Shown in pieces: positions 22,280 to 32,610 of a stretch of DNA of 64,000 bases. The DNA is from Candidatus Multivorans sp. (GTDB taxonomy: Bacteria; Acidobacteriota; Thermoanaerobaculia; Multivoradales; Multivoraceae). The stretch's first letter is position 1; each line of letters begins with the position of its first letter. Made by a program: the position numbers and the translations under genes. The stretch spans positions 3,296,001 to 3,360,000 of the forward strand of contig OZ251997.1 of assembly GCA_965247095.1 (NCBI GenBank), in the 5' to 3' direction. Below the pieces are notes generated by a model. The model did not search any database and was not told the DNA's origin. It saw nothing but the letters and a program-made list of their open reading frames with translations.

Positions 22280-23077
22280 ATGTTCGAGGTGGCCCGATGT
22301 CTCATTCGCTACCGCGGCCTGCTGTGGACCCTGGTCCAGCGGGAGTTGCGAGCGCGTTACCGGGGCAGTGTGCTCGGCTTCCTGTGGTCCCTGATCAACC
22401 CGCTCCTGTTGCTCGGCGTGTACTCCTTCGTCTTCAGCGTGATCCTGCCCCGAGATGTGGTTGAGGTTGAGCCCTACGGCGTCTTCCTCGTTACGGGTCT
22501 CTTTCCCTGGATCTGGGTTTCGACCTCGCTTCTGGAAGGCTGCTCCTCTCTGACCGGCAACAGCGCGTTGATCCGCAAGGCGGTCTTTCCGGTCGAGGTA
22601 TTGCCGGCCGTCGCTGTGGTGGCGAACCTGATGCACTTCCTGCTGGCCCTGCCGATCGTGGCCGGGGCTTTGATCGTGGGCAGGTTGCTGGGCTATCCGA
22701 TTGCCGGGTGGACCGTAGTCCTGCTGCCGGTCGTGCTCGTCATCGAAGCGGTCATGGTCGCGGGCCTCGTCTTCGCCCTGTCCGCGGTCAATGTGCACTT
22801 CAAGGATGTCCGGGACCTGCTTGGCAACGTGCTGGTTCTGCTGTTCTTCCTGGCGCCGATCATCTACACGCTGAACGATCTTCCGTCCAACTTTGCCCGG
22901 TTCGTGCAACTGAATCCGATGACCTGGTTCACGGTGGCGATCCAGGATCTCCTGTTCCACGGTCGCCTGCCCGAGGCTGAGGCCTGGTTGATCATGGCCG
23001 CGATTGCGGCGGTGTCCTGGGCGTTGGGCGCCAGCCTGTTCTCGCGCCTGAGCGACACGCTGGCCGAGGCGGTCTGA
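22280..23077 (+). CDS. wzm: polysaccharide ABC exporter permease (Wzm/TagG)
   Basis: RELRARYRGSVLGFLWSLINPL, LIRKAVFP, FKDV and LNPM. Confidence 0.9.
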   Translation: MFEVARCLIRYRGLLWTLVQRELRARYRGSVLGFLWSLINPLLLLGVYSFVFSVILPRDVVEVEPYGVFLVTGLFPWIWVSTSLLEGCSSLTGNSALIRKAVFPVEVLPAVAVVANLMHFLLALPIVAGALIVGRLLGYPIAGWTVVLLPVVLVIEAVMVAGLVFALSAVNVHFKDVRDLLGNVLVLLFFLAPIIYTLNDLPSNFARFVQLNPMTWFTVAIQDLLFHGRLPEAEAWLIMAAIAAVSWALGASLFSRLSDTLAEAV

Positions 23078-23078
23078 C

Positions 23079-24467
23079 TTGCCTCGACCTGCGGTCGTTC
23101 TTCGCGGCGTCAGCAAACGCTACCGGCGCTCTGCCGGCGGCTATCGGCTGCGGACGCTGAAGAGCGCGCTTCTCGAGCGCAGCCTGACCAGCGGCCTGGC
23201 TGCCGCCGACGTGGTCGAGGCTCTGACCGATGTCAGCTTCGAGGTCGCGGCCGGCGAGGCGGTGGGCGTCATCGGCGGCAACGGTTCGGGCAAGTCGACG
23301 TTGATCAAGCTGGTTGCGGGCCTGTTGCCGCCAACCTCCGGGGAACTTGCGGTCAACGGCCGGGTCGCCGCCCTGATCGAACTCGGGGCCGGCTTCCACC
23401 CCGAGATCTCGGGCCGGGAGAACGTCTTCATCAACGGCGCGCTACTCGGTCTGAGCCGCCGCCGGATCGAGGAGCGCTACGACGACATCGTGGAGTTCGC
23501 GGATCTCCACGACTTCATCGAGGAGCCGATCAAGAACTACTCGTCGGGCATGTACGTCCGCCTCGGCTTCTCGGTCGCCATCCATACCGACCCCGAGATC
23601 CTCCTGGTCGACGAGGTGCTCGCGGTCGGCGACGAGGAGTTCGTTCACCGCTGCATCGCCCGCATCGAGGAGCACCTTGCCCGGGGCGGCACGCTGCTCG
23701 TGGTGAGCCACTCGATGGGCCTGATCGACGAGCTCTGCGACCGGGCGGTCTGGCTGGACCAGGGACGCGTCCGGGCGATCGGTTCGACGCGGCGGGTGAT
23801 CGACGCCTATCTCGAGGCCGTGGCCGCGCGCGAGGGCGAGGCCCACGACCGGCGCCGGGCGCTGGCCGCCGAACGCAGTGAGTCGCCGCCGGGGAAAGAA
23901 GAGGCGTTGACGGTGCCGGACGCGGAGGAGGAGATCCTGCGCTGGGGGTCCGGCCAGGCGCGGATCGTCGGCGCCCGCCTGCTGGCCGGCGCCTCGGGCG
24001 AGGAGCGGTATCACCTGCACTGCGGAGAGGCGGTGGCGTTCGAGCTCGAAGTGGAGCCGCGGGAGGATCTCGACGACTTCGTCTTCGGGGTCGGCGTCAA
24101 GACGCCCCGCGGTGTCGACTGCTGGGGCACGAACACCGATCTCGCCGGGTACGAACCGCGCCTGCTGCGCGCTCCGGTGCGCGTCCGGCTGGTGTGCCCG
24201 GAACTGCGGCTGGCGCCGGGCGAGTACACGGTCGATCTCGCGGTTCACGCTCGCGACGGCAGGGCTTACGATTACCGCCGCCGAGCGTTCCGTTTCACGG
24301 TGGCCGAGAGTTCGGTGCTCCGGAGCATGGGTCTCTACGTGCCGGACCACGAGTGGCATGTGGAGGCGCTGGGCGCCGGCAACGGCGACGGGGCGGCCGA
24401 CCCGCAAGCGGCGATCGATTGGCGTTCGCCTGCCCATTTGGACAGTGACCCATGGAGGATGGAATGA
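23079..24467 (+). CDS. wzt: polysaccharide ABC exporter ATPase with C-terminal Wzt_C carbohydrate-binding domain
   Basis: GGNGSGKST, GAGFHPEISGREN, YSSGM, VDEVLAVGD and C-terminal RWGSG...LAPGEY beta-sandwich. Confidence 0.92.
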   Translation: MPRPAVVLRGVSKRYRRSAGGYRLRTLKSALLERSLTSGLAAADVVEALTDVSFEVAAGEAVGVIGGNGSGKSTLIKLVAGLLPPTSGELAVNGRVAALIELGAGFHPEISGRENVFINGALLGLSRRRIEERYDDIVEFADLHDFIEEPIKNYSSGMYVRLGFSVAIHTDPEILLVDEVLAVGDEEFVHRCIARIEEHLARGGTLLVVSHSMGLIDELCDRAVWLDQGRVRAIGSTRRVIDAYLEAVAAREGEAHDRRRALAAERSESPPGKEEALTVPDAEEEILRWGSGQARIVGARLLAGASGEERYHLHCGEAVAFELEVEPREDLDDFVFGVGVKTPRGVDCWGTNTDLAGYEPRLLRAPVRVRLVCPELRLAPGEYTVDLAVHARDGRAYDYRRRAFRFTVAESSVLRSMGLYVPDHEWHVEALGAGNGDGAADPQAAIDWRSPAHLDSDPWRME

Positions 24468-24778
24468 GCGAACGACCCAAGGAAGAAAAGGCCGACCAGG
24501 AGTCGTCTTCGTCGATCAACGTCAAGATCGGCGATGCCGAACTCAAGGGGGCCTACTCCAACCTGCTGCGCATCACGCACACCCGTGAGGAGTTCATCCT
24601 CGACTTCATCAACGTGGTGCCGCCGCAGGGCATCGTCAGCGCCCGCATCGTGACCAGCCCCGGCCACCTGAAGCGGATCATCAGGGCGCTGGGCACCAAC
24701 CTGCGCCGCTACGAGGAAATCCACGGCGTCATCGAGGAGGCCCTCGACCCGACGGATGTGTCCAGTCGCGTGAACTAG
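24464..24778 (+). CDS. DUF3467-like protein
   Basis: GAYSN..ITHTREEFILDF and RIVTSPGHLKR. ATGA overlap with wzt. Confidence 0.75.
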   Translation: MSERPKEEKADQESSSSINVKIGDAELKGAYSNLLRITHTREEFILDFINVVPPQGIVSARIVTSPGHLKRIIRALGTNLRRYEEIHGVIEEALDPTDVSSRVN

Positions 24779-24779
24779 C

Positions 24780-26552
<1,773 letters not shown>

Positions 26553-26633
26553 GGGTGGAACGCTACCAGCCCGCGGGGTCAGTTGGAGGGCGGGTCGGGT
26601 CCGATCGGGCGCGGGACCGCCGGATCGGCATGG

Positions 26634-27350
26634 TTAGCGCGGCGCTCGCGGGCCGAACAGGGCGGAGCCGATCCGTACGTGGGTGGCGCCTTCGAACACG
26701 GCGGCCTCGAAGTCCGCGCTCATTCCCATCGACAGCCAACCCTCGCGCTCGCCGAACAGGCCGTGGCGGCCCAGTTCGTCGCGCAGGCGCCGCAGGGCCG
26801 CGAAGTCGCGGCGCGCTTCCCCGGGGTCGCTTCGAGGGGGAGGAATCGCCATCAAACCGCGGATCGGCAGGTGCCGCAGGTCGGCGAGTCCGAGCATCGT
26901 CCCGGTGTCCTCGGGCAGGAAGCCGTGCTTGCTGGGCTCCCGCCCGATGTTGACCTCGAGGAGGCAGGTCCGATTCCCTCCCTGCCGGTTCCGCAGCACC
27001 CGATCGAGCCGCTGTGCGACCTGCACCCGGTCGACGGCCTCGAAAACGTCGAAGACGCCGCACGCCCGCGGCGCCTTGTTCGTCTGCAGGGGCCCGACCA
27101 GGCGCCACTCGAGGTGGTCGTAACCGGCCTCGAGCAGCGCCGCGCGGTGCTCTTCGCCCTCCTGGACCTGGTTCTCGCCCAGGACCCGGAGACCGGCGTC
27201 CACGGCCTCGACGATGCGCTCCAGGGGCTGCCGCTTGCAGGCGCCGATCAGGGTGACGTCGTGAGCGGCTCGACCCGCGCGCCGGCACGCCTCCGACAGC
27301 CGCTCCGTCAAGTCCGCGTAGCGCTTCCCGGCCCCCGTGTGCTCTGACAC
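26634..27350 (-). CDS. yggs: PLP homeostasis protein YggS
   Basis: GENQVQE, GPLQTNK, GLMAIP, LSMGMSADF and VRIGSALFG. Confidence 0.92.
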   Translation of the reverse strand: MSEHTGAGKRYADLTERLSEACRRAGRAAHDVTLIGACKRQPLERIVEAVDAGLRVLGENQVQEGEEHRAALLEAGYDHLEWRLVGPLQTNKAPRACGVFDVFEAVDRVQVAQRLDRVLRNRQGGNRTCLLEVNIGREPSKHGFLPEDTGTMLGLADLRHLPIRGLMAIPPPRSDPGEARRDFAALRRLRDELGRHGLFGEREGWLSMGMSADFEAAVFEGATHVRIGSALFGPRAPR

Positions 27351-27365
27351 CTTGCGCCTCAGAAC

Positions 27366-28115
27366 TCACTCCGTTGCGTTCTGCGGTTCAGGCTCCAGAT
27401 AGAGGATCCGTTGGCAGGAGTCACAGGGAACGATGGCGCCCTGGGTCTGGATCTGCAGTACGACCTGGGGCCGGATCCGGTAGTTGCAGAACGAGCAGTG
27501 CCGGATCGGGGCCTTGGCGCTTTCGATGACCCGGATGACCGCCAGTGGCGTTCCGCCATGGCGCTCGAACAGGCGCCCGTACTGGTTCAGGGCTGCGGGG
27601 GGCAGGCGTTCGCGAAAGACCTCGATCCGGCCCTCCAGCACTTCGACCCGCTTCCGCATCGCGGGCTTCTGCTCCTCCCAGGCGGCCAGAGCCTCCTGGT
27701 ACTGCTGGTCCAGGCTCTCGAAAGCCTCGCGGAGTTCGTCGAGCTGCGCCGACGCCTGATCCTGGCTCTCGAGCGCCAGCAGCGCCTTCTCGTCGGCCTC
27801 GCGCATCTGGGCGCGGACAGTGTCGATCTCGCTCAGCAGGGCGCCGTATTCGCGCTGCGTGGTCACGCGGGAGATCTGCTCATGGTAGCGCTCGATGCTC
27901 TCCTTGCCCGCTGCTGACTCCGCTTCGGCGGCGCGGCGCTCCAACTCCGCCTGCTGGTGCTCCTCCTCTAGCTCGTCGATCTCGCTCCGCCTCATCTCGT
28001 ACTGGTCGTGAAGTTCCTGCATCGACTCGGGAACCCCGTCGAGCAGGGTGAGGCTGCGCGCGAGTTCTACGCTTGCCTCCTGTAGCTCTACAATCGTGTC
28101 AAGGACTCTTTCCAT
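27366..28115 (-). CDS. coiled-coil protein with C4 zinc ribbon (zf-RING_7, HP0958/CT398-like)
   Basis: Long coiled coil with REYGALLSEI, and C-terminal CSFC...CDSCQRILY. Confidence 0.85.
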   Translation of the reverse strand: MERVLDTIVELQEASVELARSLTLLDGVPESMQELHDQYEMRRSEIDELEEEHQQAELERRAAEAESAAGKESIERYHEQISRVTTQREYGALLSEIDTVRAQMREADEKALLALESQDQASAQLDELREAFESLDQQYQEALAAWEEQKPAMRKRVEVLEGRIEVFRERLPPAALNQYGRLFERHGGTPLAVIRVIESAKAPIRHCSFCNYRIRPQVVLQIQTQGAIVPCDSCQRILYLEPEPQNATE

Positions 28116-28249
28116 TCAAATCCGTTCCGAAGCTCCCGCGGCCTGGGCCGCGATGTCGACCTGCTGGTCTATTGCCGTCCGCCGGCGCAGCATCGTTCTG
28201 TGAGGGGTTGCAAGGAGTTGGCAATCGCTGGATCCGCCGCTGCACGGTA

Positions 28250-28322
28250 TGGGTCCACCTGGATTCGAACCAGGGACCTGCCGGTTATGAGCCGGATGCT
28301 CTAACCGCTGAGCTATGGACCC
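28250..28322 (-). tRNA. tRNA with CAT anticodon, probably tRNA-Ile2 (lysidine); CCA not encoded
   Basis: Reverse complement GGGTCCATAGCTCAGCGGTTAGAGCATCCGGCTCATAACCGGCAGGTCCCTGGTTCGAATCCAGGTGGACCCA. The 1-72 pair is intact and there is no GGG/CCC anticodon stem, so it is not the initiator. Confidence 0.9.
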
Positions 28323-28524
28323 TTCGGACCCTGAGCGCAGTGCCGCAGTATAGCCCCACGATTGCTCGGCTTCGCCTCGGAATCCTGGCCCAACCCATCC
28401 TCGCCGGGAGCTTGCGCCGCAGCACTCTCTCGTATCGTTCTACGGCGCTAGCTCCCAGCCACAAGGCGGGCGCCATTGGGGTATAGTGATCGGCACGCGA
28501 ACAGCGATCCAAGGAGGTGCCAGG

Positions 28525-29319
28525 ATGTCGAGAATCACTCCAGTCGGGCGGCCGGGGCGGGCGGTGTCAGCCGCCGGCGCTGCCGCCGTTCTTCTGCTCG
28601 CTTCTCTGGCTGCGTGCGGCCCTTCCGAGGAGGAGCGGACGGCTACCGCCAGGACGGAGGCCTGGGCCGAACTGGAGGAAGCTCAGGCCGCCTTGAACGC
28701 CAAGCGCAGTGAACTGGAGCAGTTGCGTGCGCAGGCGGCGGCGCCCGGTGAAGGGGAGGATGCCGAAGCGCTCGCCGCTCAGGCGGACGCCCTGGACGAA
28801 GAGGTCGGCGCCGACGGCGAGGCCTTTTCACAGAAGCTGATCAACCACATCAACGAAGCCGAGTGGGAGCTCGGCGGGGAGTTGAACGAAGAGCAGCGGG
28901 CGGCCTTCGGGATGATGTCTGGCGAGCAGATGTACCTGGCCCAGGAATACGCGGTGAAGGGCGGCGACTACCGGCGGGCGATCGATATCCTGCAGGGGGC
29001 CCAGAGAAACGATCCGGACAACCCCGACCTGGCGGCGAGGATCGTCGAGTACGAGGAAGCACGCTACGTCACGGTCGAACAGCTTGCGGAGGTCAAGCGG
29101 GAAATGACCGAGGCCGAGGTCGAGGGCGTCCTGGGCAAGGTCTTCCACAGCTATGTGCGGAACTTCGCGGACGAGAACGTATTCGCCTGGTTCTACCCCA
29201 AGGACCCCGAAGAGCACGGGGCCGGCGCCGCTGTCGGCGTGTTCTTCCGCGAGAACGATCGGAAGGTGTACCGCACCGATCCCAACGCGGTCGAGGGGAA
29301 GGACGAAGAAGAGGAGTAG
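28525..29319 (+). CDS. putative lipoprotein (coiled coil, TPR-like segment, SmpA/BamE-like C-terminus)
   Basis: RBS AAGGAGGT, lipobox LAAC, and EQLAEVKREMTEAEVEGVLGK resembling SmpA/OmlA. Confidence 0.65.
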   Translation: MSRITPVGRPGRAVSAAGAAAVLLLASLAACGPSEEERTATARTEAWAELEEAQAALNAKRSELEQLRAQAAAPGEGEDAEALAAQADALDEEVGADGEAFSQKLINHINEAEWELGGELNEEQRAAFGMMSGEQMYLAQEYAVKGGDYRRAIDILQGAQRNDPDNPDLAARIVEYEEARYVTVEQLAEVKREMTEAEVEGVLGKVFHSYVRNFADENVFAWFYPKDPEEHGAGAAVGVFFRENDRKVYRTDPNAVEGKDEEEE

Positions 29320-29387
29320 CCGCCCGTGACCAACCCTGCGTGGCACGGAGACTTGTGTCGAATGCAGCAGGGAGCGCCGCCCTGTCC

Positions 29388-29417
29388 TTGACGGCAGTGG
29401 GTCGGCTGGTGCACAAT
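29388..29417 (+). promoter_or_regulatory. putative sigma70 promoter of the rpsU operon
   Basis: TTGACG-N18-CACAAT. Confidence 0.5.
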
Positions 29418-29511
29418 GCGCCCCTCTTGTGGGTCGTCGTGCGTCGGCGGCCTTAGGTGAGTCGGGTTCAGGCCCAGGTCTGAGTTCACAAAGAGAGGAC
29501 GAGTTCTGGCT

Positions 29512-29721
29512 ATGCCGGTTGTGCAGGTACGCGACGACGAGAGTTTCGAGAATGCGCTTCGCCGTTTCAAGCGGAAGTGCGAGAAAGAGGGCATTCTGAC
29601 CGAGCTCAAGAAGCGCCAGCACTTCGAGAAGCCGTCGGTGAAGCGCAAGCGCAAGGTGATCCAGGCGCGCAAGAAGATGCTGCGCAAGCTGGACGAGGAG
29701 CGCCGCGCCGGCTTGGTCTGA
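29512..29721 (+). CDS. rpsU: 30S ribosomal protein S21
   Basis: [28 protein letters not shown]. Confidence 0.97.
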   Translation: MPVVQVRDDESFENALRRFKRKCEKEGILTELKKRQHFEKPSVKRKRKVIQARKKMLRKLDEERRAGLV

Positions 29722-29727
29722 GCCCGC

Positions 29728-29994
29728 GCCGCGCCCACGCGCAAGCCGGCGCCGCGCCCACGCGCAAGCCGGCGCCGCGCCCACGCGCAAGCCGGCGCCG
29801 CGCCCACGCGCAAGCCGGCGCCGCGCCCACGCGCAAGCCGGCGCCGCGCCCACGGCAAGCCGGCGCCGCGCCCACGCGCAAGCCGGCGCCGCGCCCACGC
29901 GCAAGCCGGCGCCGCGCCTACGCGCAAGCCGGCGCCGCGCCCACGCGCAAGCCGGCGCCGCGCCCACGCGCAAGCCGGCGCCGCGCCCACGCGC
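29728..29994 (+). repeat. 23-bp tandem repeat (VNTR), 11 full copies plus a 15-bp partial copy
   Basis: Unit GCCGCGCCCACGCGCAAGCCGGC. Copy 6 has a 1-bp deletion and copy 9 has a C>T change. No spacers. Confidence 0.95.
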
Positions 29995-30059
29995 GAAGCG
30001 ACAACAGATGAGGGGTTTCGCTCGCTCGCCGCATCCAAGGCAGAGCATCGGGATCGGAG

Positions 30060-32561
30060 ATGAGTTGCTGCAGTAGCGCGACTTCCGAGGCGCTCGAGTT
30101 CCCGGCGCTTCTCCGTGTGGTGGCAGGTCTCGCAGTGACCGACGCCGGCCGGCGGCTGGTCTACGCCATCTCGCCGCGCACGGACCCTGACGAGATCGAG
30201 CTTCGGCGGGTCCGCTACGCCGAGATCGCCCGGGAGCGGGGGGAGGGGGGCGCCCTCGTACCGGTGCTCGATCGGGAGCTTCTGGATCTGCGGCGCCAGT
30301 TGCAGACCGGCGGGCGTCGGTTGGGCGGCGCCGCGCTGCTGGGCCTCGTGGCGGTGATCGAGGCCAGTGAGGAAGTCCTCGAGCGGCTGGGCGACCACGA
30401 AGAAACACCGCGGCTCGCGGCAGAAGTCGAGTCGCTGCGCGCCCTGGAGGCCGGCGCCACGGAAACCGACGTGACAGGCGAACCGATCGGTTGCGCCGCC
30501 CTGGCTGCGCGCCTGCGCCGCACCCTGGATCGCCGCGGCGCGGTGCGGGACGACGCGTCGCCCCGACTCAGAACGCTGGTGCAAGACGCCCGCCGTACCC
30601 AGGCCTCGGTTGAGACACAGGTTCACGCGTACGTCAGGGAGCACGGCGACAGGCTGGCCGACGACTCGACACCCATGCGCGGCGGCCGGTTCTCCGTGTT
30701 GCTGCCCTCCGGCAGCCGGGGTCGTCTCTCCGGCCTCGTGAGGGGTCGCTCCGCCTCGGGCCGCAGCTTCTACTTCGAGCCCTCGGAAGTGGTGGAGGGC
30801 AACGACGAGATGGAACGGATCGCCGCCGACAAGGAGATCGAGCGGGCCCGCATCCTCGCCGAGCTGGTTCGGCAGGTGCTGGAGTTGACCCCGGCGATCA
30901 TTGCCAGGATCGACTTCCTTGCCGCGGTCGACGCGCTGCAGGCGGTGGCGCACTTCGCGGCCCAGCTCGGCGCCGGGCTGGCCGGCATTGCACCGCCGGC
31001 GCCGGACGGTTCGGCGGCGGCGCTGGAACTCCGCGGCGCCCGCCATCCGCTTCTCGATCCGCGGCTCGCCGAAATGAGAGAGCGGACCCTTGGCGCCGCC
31101 GGCAACCGCGGCGAGGTGGTGCCGCTCGACCTGGCGCTTGACGACAATCGGACTTTGGTTCTGACCGGACCCAATGCCGGCGGCAAGACGGTGGCGCTCA
31201 AGACCGTCGGACTGCTCTGTCTGATGACCCAGGCGGGCTTGCCGGTGCCGGCCGCGCCCGACAGCCGGTTTCCGATCTTCGATCACCTCGTTGCCGTGGT
31301 CGGCGACGACCAGAGCGTCTTGGACGAACAGTCGACCTTCAGCGCCCGCCTGCTGCGTCTGCGGGAGGTGTGGCGCCGGGCCGGACCGCGCACCCTGGTG
31401 CTGCTCGATGAGGTCGGCGCCGGAACGAACCCTGAGGAGGGCGCCGCGCTTGGGATCGCGTTGCTCGAGGGGCTCGTCGAGAGTGCCTCGATGGGAGTCC
31501 TCACCACTCACCTGACCCAGCTTGCCGCCGCCGCCCTCGAGTCCCAGGCGGCCTCCTGCGCCGCGACGAGCTTCGACCCGGAGAGCGGCCTGCCGACCTA
31601 CCGGCTGGTGATCGGGCCGCCCGGCGGCAGCCGTGCCCTCGCGCTGGCGCGGCGCCTCGGCCTGCCGGCGGCCTGGCTGGAGCGCGCGGAGCACTTTCTC
31701 GGCTCCGAGCACCAGCAGTTGAGACGCGTCCTGGAGCGCAATGAACGGCGCCGGGAACGGTTACTCCACCGGGAAGCGGAACTGGCTCGGTTGACCGCCG
31801 CAACCGAGGCGGAGCGTGACCGCTTCGAGACCCGCCAGGCGTCGTTGCAAGCGGCTCAGGAGCGGCTGGGCCAGGCGGTCCGCCACGAAGTGGATGCCTT
31901 GCGCAGGGCGAATCGCCAGCGGTTGGATCAGGCCCTCGCCGAGTTGGCGTCGCAGCCCCGGCCGGGGAAGCGGGCCTTCGCACGGGCCGCCGGCGGCCTG
32001 CACCGGGAACTCGACCGCGATGCGTCCGCCGCGGGCGACCGCGCATCCGCCGCGACCTGTGAACCCGCCGCCCGCGCGAAGCCGGATCCCGCGTCCGGCG
32101 CGACCCCGGAGCGGCCGCGCCCGCTTGTGGCGGGCGCCCCGGTGCGTCACCGCTCGCTGGGCTGGGTCGGCGAACTCCAGGAGGTGAGTGGAGACCGGGC
32201 CACGGTCCTCGTGCGGGGCAAACGGGTGCGGGTGGCTGCCGACGCGCTTCAGGCCATCGCGCGGGTGGAGCGAGCCGCGTCGTCCCGGGTACGGGTCCAA
32301 GCGTCTTCGGCGCCGGCGGTCGAGTCGGAGTTGATGCTGATCGGCCAGATGGTCGAACCGGCGCTCGATTCCCTGGACGCCTATCTCGACCGGGCCCTGG
32401 CCTCGGGCCGCGAACGGGTGCGGGTGGTCCACGGTCACGGCAGCGGACGGCTGCGCCGGGCCGTTCGTGAGCATCTGCGGGGACATCCGGCGGTAGCCGG
32501 TTTCAATCCCGCGCCGCCGTCGGCGGGCGGCGACGGGGCCACCGAGGTCGTGCTGCGTTAG
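30060..32561 (+). CDS. mutS2: MutS2 family endonuclease/ribosome collision factor
   Basis: ALEF N-terminus, ARHPLL, TGPNAGGKT, STFS, LLDEVGAGT, TTH, KOW-like region and Smr domain (VVHGHGSGRLR, GGDGAT). Confidence 0.9.
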   Translation: MSCCSSATSEALEFPALLRVVAGLAVTDAGRRLVYAISPRTDPDEIELRRVRYAEIARERGEGGALVPVLDRELLDLRRQLQTGGRRLGGAALLGLVAVIEASEEVLERLGDHEETPRLAAEVESLRALEAGATETDVTGEPIGCAALAARLRRTLDRRGAVRDDASPRLRTLVQDARRTQASVETQVHAYVREHGDRLADDSTPMRGGRFSVLLPSGSRGRLSGLVRGRSASGRSFYFEPSEVVEGNDEMERIAADKEIERARILAELVRQVLELTPAIIARIDFLAAVDALQAVAHFAAQLGAGLAGIAPPAPDGSAAALELRGARHPLLDPRLAEMRERTLGAAGNRGEVVPLDLALDDNRTLVLTGPNAGGKTVALKTVGLLCLMTQAGLPVPAAPDSRFPIFDHLVAVVGDDQSVLDEQSTFSARLLRLREVWRRAGPRTLVLLDEVGAGTNPEEGAALGIALLEGLVESASMGVLTTHLTQLAAAALESQAASCAATSFDPESGLPTYRLVIGPPGGSRALALARRLGLPAAWLERAEHFLGSEHQQLRRVLERNERRRERLLHREAELARLTAATEAERDRFETRQASLQAAQERLGQAVRHEVDALRRANRQRLDQALAELASQPRPGKRAFARAAGGLHRELDRDASAAGDRASAATCEPAARAKPDPASGATPERPRPLVAGAPVRHRSLGWVGELQEVSGDRATVLVRGKRVRVAADALQAIARVERAASSRVRVQASSAPAVESELMLIGQMVEPALDSLDAYLDRALASGRERVRVVHGHGSGRLRRAVREHLRGHPAVAGFNPAPPSAGGDGATEVVLR

Positions 32562-32610
32562 CGCCGCCAAACGCCCGGGAAGGCTCAGATCCGCAGTAGG
32601 ATGAGCGATC

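Noticed and set aside
28250-28322. Initiator tRNA-fMet
   Set aside because: It has a paired G1-C72 and lacks the three consecutive G-C pairs in the anticodon stem.
29728-29994. CRISPR array or repeat-encoded protein
   Set aside because: The units are contiguous with no unique spacers and there are no cas genes. The ORFs crossing it are low-complexity products of a 23-bp period.
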